Of a stretch of 64,000 nucleotides of DNA, positions 59,678-64,000 are shown one piece after another. Numbering within the stretch: the stretch's first letter is position 1; each line of letters starts with the position of its first letter. Source of the DNA: an uncultured Chloroflexia bacterium (GTDB lineage: Bacteria > Chloroflexota > Chloroflexia > QHBQ01 > JADMIH01); assembly GCA_963797095.1 (NCBI GenBank), contig CAWCNY010000005.1, positions 64,001-128,000 of the forward strand, given 5' to 3'. The notes under the pieces were generated by a model. It worked only from the letters and a program-made list of their open reading frames with translations, was not told the origin of the DNA and did not search any database. The translations under genes were made by a program, and so were the position numbers.

Positions 59678-59956
59678 CTAGCCAACGAAGATGATGACCA
59701 GGGCCACCACGAGGGCGTAAATAGCGACCGCTTCGGCGAAGCCGAGACCCAGGATCGCCATTGTACGCACAGGACCTTCAGCGTCCGGGTTGCGGCCAAT
59801 GGCCTGGACCGCGCCCCATGTGCCGATGCCCAGACCGACGCCAGGGCCAATGCCACCAAGACCGATGGCAAGCCCGGCAGCGATCAACTTCATCGCGTGT
59901 ACCGTGTTGTCATTGTCCGCAGTCTGCTGCAATATGCTCAAAAGAACTGGATTCAC
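59678..59956 (-). CDS. atpE: ATP synthase subunit c
   Basis: GLGGIGPGVGLG, RNP, FAEAVAIY. GTG start after GGAGGAG. Confidence 0.95.
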   Translation of the reverse strand: MNPVLLSILQQTADNDNTVHAMKLIAAGLAIGLGGIGPGVGLGIGTWGAVQAIGRNPDAEGPVRTMAILGLGFAEAVAIYALVVALVIIFVG

Positions 59957-60130
59957 CTGTTTGTCTCCTCCTCTTCGTGGTTGCTTACGGTTGTCCACCC
60001 TTGTGGGCGGTTGCCTATTGGCTCCTTATTGAGCCGGAAAGCCGGTAGGCCTTCCAATTCTCACTGTATTGCTTCTCACCGTGCTAGACCGACGACGAAA
60101 GTTCCTGGATAGTTATTCTCCCGAGTGCCT

Positions 60131-61162
60131 CTATGTATCGCTCTTTGGCTCCGTGCCGGTTGGTTCTGCACCGTTTGACTTCCTGGTTGGCAGGTTTTCC
60201 TGGCCGCTTAGAATGCGGCCTATATGCTGTCCAGCTGCCTCTACAGAACCTACCGGCGCTGCATGCTCCTCATGCTCTGCGCCCGCGTGCCCGGCCACCG
60301 CCGTCGAAATGAATACCAGGGTGAGGATCGAGAAGAGCAGGGCCTGGATCAGCCCGAAGAGCAGTTCGATCCCCAGGAAGATAAAAGTGGCGAAGCCGGC
60401 GAACAGCGATCCCAACAGGGCATACATAACTGTCACCAGCACCTCACCGCCGAAGATATTGCCGAACAAACGGAAGCTAAGAGAGATTACACGCGAAATC
60501 TCGCTTATGATGTGGATCGGAGCCAGGAATATCGGAGTTGAAAGCTCCTTTATGTATCCGCCAACGCCGTGCGCCGCCACACCCGCCACCTGTACTATAC
60601 CCACCGCCAGCAAAGCCATAGCCAGTGTCATATTGAGGTCGGCGTTAGGGGCACGGAAGAAAGGCACGAATTCAGTGCCCTCCGGGCAATATCCTGCCGA
60701 TTCAGGCGTCGGAAGACCGCCACTTGAGGCTGCTTCCGGCGTGGCGCTCGTAGCAACGCCTTCGCCGCCCGTTCCGCCTTCGGCAGGTGTGACGACCGCA
60801 GTCTCACGCCTCGCGCAACCGCCGACTGTGCCAATCCCCGGCAAAAGGCCGGAATAATTTGCGACCAGGATGAAGATAAAGAGGGTGGCAATCAACGGGA
60901 AGATACGGCGTCCAACTCGCTTGCCCGCAGTACCTTCGGTGATGCCAAGAAGAAGCTCGACAATAGACTCGGCCAGGTTTTGCGCGCCTGAGGGCACCAG
61001 CTTCATCATGCGGGTCGCCAGGAAAAAGAATAGGGCAATCCCCGCTACGACCAGCACAGTCTGGAGCATAGAGTTGGTGACGGTTAGATTTCCCCAGGGA
61101 AAGGGAATATCAAACAGGCCTTCTGCCTTGATGCTAATCGGTGGTAGTACAGTCTGTCCCAT
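60131..61162 (-). CDS. atpB: ATP synthase subunit a
   Basis: ANYSGLLP, ADLN, SLSFRLFGN, IQALLF. Confidence 0.95.
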   Translation of the reverse strand: MGQTVLPPISIKAEGLFDIPFPWGNLTVTNSMLQTVLVVAGIALFFFLATRMMKLVPSGAQNLAESIVELLLGITEGTAGKRVGRRIFPLIATLFIFILVANYSGLLPGIGTVGGCARRETAVVTPAEGGTGGEGVATSATPEAASSGGLPTPESAGYCPEGTEFVPFFRAPNADLNMTLAMALLAVGIVQVAGVAAHGVGGYIKELSTPIFLAPIHIISEISRVISLSFRLFGNIFGGEVLVTVMYALLGSLFAGFATFIFLGIELLFGLIQALLFSILTLVFISTAVAGHAGAEHEEHAAPVGSVEAAGQHIGRILSGQENLPTRKSNGAEPTGTEPKSDT

Positions 61163-61187
61163 GCTCCATCCTCAACAGATTATCGTG

Positions 61188-61556
61188 CTAATGGCCGTTC
61201 TCTTGGGTCCGGCCTCCACGCGGTTCGGTAAGCTCGCGGTCTGGTAGCTCCCGGTCTTGTTCTACTTTATAAGGTGCCTTCGGCTTTCCCACTCCCCTGG
61301 AAGGCGACTTGCGAGTTGGCAGAGTTGCTATCTGGTAAAACACGCCGCCGGCGGTTGCTACACCAAGAAATATGCCAACCAACAAGAGCCAGGGGGTCCA
61401 CCCCAGTTGATTGTCGAGCCAGGCACCACCGCCGATGAAGACCACCATCGGGCAGGCGATGGAAAAACCGAGTTGGGCCACGAGCGCCAGCACGGTCGTC
61501 CACGAGCCTGCATCGTTCCTCTGCTCACCACCGGTGCCGCTCTCACCACTTGCCAT
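61188..61556 (-). CDS. AtpZ/AtpI family protein
   Basis: QLGFSIA....GGAWLD.QLG..P; first gene of the atp operon. Confidence 0.85.
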   Translation of the reverse strand: MASGESGTGGEQRNDAGSWTTVLALVAQLGFSIACPMVVFIGGGAWLDNQLGWTPWLLLVGIFLGVATAGGVFYQIATLPTRKSPSRGVGKPKAPYKVEQDRELPDRELTEPRGGRTQENGH

Positions 61557-61611
61557 CCAGTGCCCACCTTCTCAGATACTCTAACGATACGATTTCCGGG
61601 CAAGACGGCGC

Positions 61612-61708
61612 ATTATATCATACGGGTTTGCGAGCGGCAAGGCTGCTCTCTGCATCCATTTTGCCCAGATTATATCAGGTAACTCAGACTTTGTCAACTT
61701 TTTCACAA
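61612..61708 (-). promoter_or_regulatory. Tandem atp operon promoters with a Rex-like operator
   Basis: TTGACA(61697-92)-17-TATAAT(61674-69) and TTGCCG(61640-35)-17-TATAAT(61617-12). TTGTCAA-CTTT-TTCACAA at 61691-61708 matches the Rex consensus at 13/14. Confidence 0.7.
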
Positions 61709-61771
61709 ACTTTTGCGGTACGAAAAGAGGACGCATAACTGCGCCCTCTTTTCGCTCGACTATCGCGGCGT

Positions 61772-63283
61772 TCAAGGTGTCGCCGAAGGTTCCGGTGTGT
61801 CAGTGGCGGTAGGCTCTGCAGCGGAGGGAGGCGTGGGGGTGGGCACGCCGGGCGCCTGGTCACCGTTGGTGTCGGTAATGGGATTCGTGTCGGTAACAGG
61901 TGGGCTGGCCCCTGGTGTGCCTGTACCTACCGTCGGGGTTGGGTTGGCCGACGGTGGATTTGTCGGCTCAATTAAGGGTGGCGGCGTAGGCGTTGGAGCC
62001 TGGAACGTTGCGGGCGAGATCGTAGACGATAGCTTGGCTTCATTGAACCAGTCGGTGTATAGCTGCTGCTTCTGCGAATCTATTTGCGTCTGGGTCAGAG
62101 GCCGCACCTCTTTGCCGAGCACCTTGATGATATGGTAACCATATTCCGTTTGCACCGGGTCGCTGTACGTACCGACAGGGGTGCTGAAGGAGGCATCCAC
62201 AAAGGGTTGGACGTAACCCGACCCCACACGCGGGAACCAGTCGTAAACACCGAGGTTGGCATTGGATGCAGTATCGGACGATTGCTCCAGAACCAGATTG
62301 CCGAAGTCCTCGCCCGCGTCCAATCTCGCCTTGATCGCCTGTGCGCCCTCCAGGGTATTCGTCAAGATATGCTGGACACGCACTTGCTCCACATCGGTGA
62401 CGATCTGGGTAGCCGCCAACTTATCGGTAACTTGCTCCTGACGCAACTGTGGCTCGATGATGTAATTCATATAGTCGCTTTCGGAGAAGCCTGGGCAACC
62501 ATACGGGCAGTAGGGGTTGTTGCTACTTGGGTCCGGACCTTCCTTGATCGATTGGAGGAAGTTGCCGAAACCGACCGTGGCCGTGGCCGATGCGCTCGGA
62601 ACGGGAGGATATGTCTCGGTGGGCGTGGGGGTCATGGTAGGCGAGCCTGCGGTGGGCGTACTCGAAGGTGTAGCGGTCGAACTCGGAGTCTGGGTACCTG
62701 TGGCGGTAGGTGTGTAGGTGATTGAGAGGGTTGGTGTTCCTGTGGCCTCGGGCGAAGGGGTTTCGCTCGAAGATGGGGGCGTGGGCTGGGGATAGAAGTC
62801 TTGCAGTGCTCTTTGCAGAAGCTCATCCGATGTAGGATTTATCGAGAAGTCGGCAGCCGATTTCTGGCGCAACACTTCGTTATCGACCAGTTGTTGCAAC
62901 ACTGTGGTATCGAGCGTGCTTTCGCTGTCGACGCTCTTGAGCTGCGTCTGGTAACTGGTAATGGTGCTGGTGTCGGTTGAGGTCGATGCGCCAAGTTGCT
63001 GCTGGAAGACCTCTTGTTGGATCTGCTGGTAAAGGCTCCAGCGCCTTAGCTTGTTGTACGCGGCACGTGCGATGGTCGTACCGTTGACATTTGCGACTTC
63101 GGCGTTGGGCCTTATCACATATGTAAATACGACCGCCAAGCCGAGCACGAGTACGATCACGACCGCGAGTGATATGCCCGCGGTGTACAGGTTGCGTATT
63201 TTCTGCGCTTCCTGTGCCGCCCGCGACAACTGCCCGCGCGTCATTACAGGGGCTGTGGATTGAAGTTTCTTCTTCTTTGGCAT
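61772..63283 (-). CDS. Membrane-anchored PrsA/SurA-like parvulin peptidylprolyl isomerase
   Basis: N-terminal TM, VANVNGTTI, QHIL, SSD...G..DWF, PVQTEYGYHII, Pro/Thr linkers. Confidence 0.88.
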   Translation of the reverse strand: MPKKKKLQSTAPVMTRGQLSRAAQEAQKIRNLYTAGISLAVVIVLVLGLAVVFTYVIRPNAEVANVNGTTIARAAYNKLRRWSLYQQIQQEVFQQQLGASTSTDTSTITSYQTQLKSVDSESTLDTTVLQQLVDNEVLRQKSAADFSINPTSDELLQRALQDFYPQPTPPSSSETPSPEATGTPTLSITYTPTATGTQTPSSTATPSSTPTAGSPTMTPTPTETYPPVPSASATATVGFGNFLQSIKEGPDPSSNNPYCPYGCPGFSESDYMNYIIEPQLRQEQVTDKLAATQIVTDVEQVRVQHILTNTLEGAQAIKARLDAGEDFGNLVLEQSSDTASNANLGVYDWFPRVGSGYVQPFVDASFSTPVGTYSDPVQTEYGYHIIKVLGKEVRPLTQTQIDSQKQQLYTDWFNEAKLSSTISPATFQAPTPTPPPLIEPTNPPSANPTPTVGTGTPGASPPVTDTNPITDTNGDQAPGVPTPTPPSAAEPTATDTPEPSATP

Positions 63284-63386
63284 AGTGCGTGATGCGTGAT
63301 GGGTGATACACGATACATGATATGTGAGTTGATGGCTCCCGCCGTTTCACATATCACCTATCGAGGATCACAATTCACTTCTCCTT

Positions 63387-63800
63387 CTAGCGGGAATGTG
63401 GCCCGACGAAGGGCAGGAGGGCCATGTGGCGGGCGCGCTTGAGGGCAACGCTGAGGGCGCGTTGGTGCCGGGCACAGGTGCCGGTCTTCCGTCGCGGCTC
63501 GATCTTAGCCCGCTCGCTCAGATATCGCCTCAGGCGATTAACATCCTTATAGTCGATCTCCTGCACCTTGTCCACACAAAAGGCGCACACTTTCCTGCGA
63601 GGCACGTAGCGGTCACGATTGCGGCCACCGGGGCGCGTGCCACCACGCGGGCCGCCAGTGCGTCCGCCACCTCCACCGTAACCCCCTGGGCGGGGGCCGC
63701 GGAAGCCACCACCTTGATAGCCACCTGGCCTTTGCTCTTGCGATTGCGGCTGAGATTGTGTTTGCGCCTCGCCGCCGCCAGTATTTTCGTTATCTGCCAT
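63387..63800 (-). CDS. rpsR: 30S ribosomal protein S18 with long N-terminal extension
   Basis: [32 protein letters not shown]. Confidence 0.96.
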   Translation of the reverse strand: MADNENTGGGEAQTQSQPQSQEQRPGGYQGGGFRGPRPGGYGGGGGRTGGPRGGTRPGGRNRDRYVPRRKVCAFCVDKVQEIDYKDVNRLRRYLSERAKIEPRRKTGTCARHQRALSVALKRARHMALLPFVGPHSR

Positions 63801-63938
63801 GTTTCTCTTACCGTCCTCTTTTTGGCTCACAAGTCCTCAGCGCATCCACGCCAGGGATGCACCTACTTATCGTTACTTGTCTCTTACAGTTGAATTACAT
63901 CTACCAGCAGGCAGTCGTCGCCGGTAGTGATTGGCAAC

Positions 63939-64000
63939 CTAGAACGGGATGTCATCCACGTCCATATCGGTGTCTTCATACCCGGACGAGGCGCTATTGC
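63939..64000 (-). CDS. ssb: 3' end of single-stranded DNA-binding protein (partial)
   Basis: Minus frame ...GYEDTDMDVDDIPF* upstream of rpsR, consistent with rpsF-ssb-rpsR order. Confidence 0.88.
   Translation of the reverse strand, partial: NSASSGYEDTDMDVDDIPF

Noticed and set aside
59678-59956. Na+-translocating ATP synthase
   Set aside because: Subunit c has FAEAVAIY and lacks the Gln and ES/T Na+ signature, consistent with H+ coupling.

Overview
Core-chromosome window of a GC-rich bacterium, inferred to be Chloroflexota from Cys-containing SLH domains behind Pro/Thr linkers, heptamer-repeat intergenic hairpins and gene style. From left to right it holds: two abutting IS630 elements (one frameshift-damaged, one a 3' remnant); a ~2190-aa SLH-anchored LTD-LTD-PLD-CBM-OB-EEP phosphodiesterase fusion with a Pho-box-like promoter; a CaCA antiporter; an M20 hydrolase; an ABC-2 exporter; pntA1A2B and mdh; an esterase/ATP-grasp/circularly permuted ATP-grasp/YbdK amidoligase cluster; an OmpR two-component system; a variant tryptophan dioxygenase; a phenylacetate-type lower pathway without paaZ; a 245-bp MITE; miaB; tRNA-Cys; an SLH amidase; rplY; an MsmX/UgpC ATPase; mreB; the complete atp operon; a PPIase; rpsR; and the 3' end of ssb. 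I found no CRISPR array, rRNA or prophage. The best candidates for novel systems are the putative Pho-regulated surface phosphodiester-scavenging enzyme, the triple-amidoligase cluster, a promoter-defined ~75-nt sRNA, the H55Q-type TDO and the heptamer hairpins in the atp operon spacers. All calls come from reading motifs by eye; no database searches were run.
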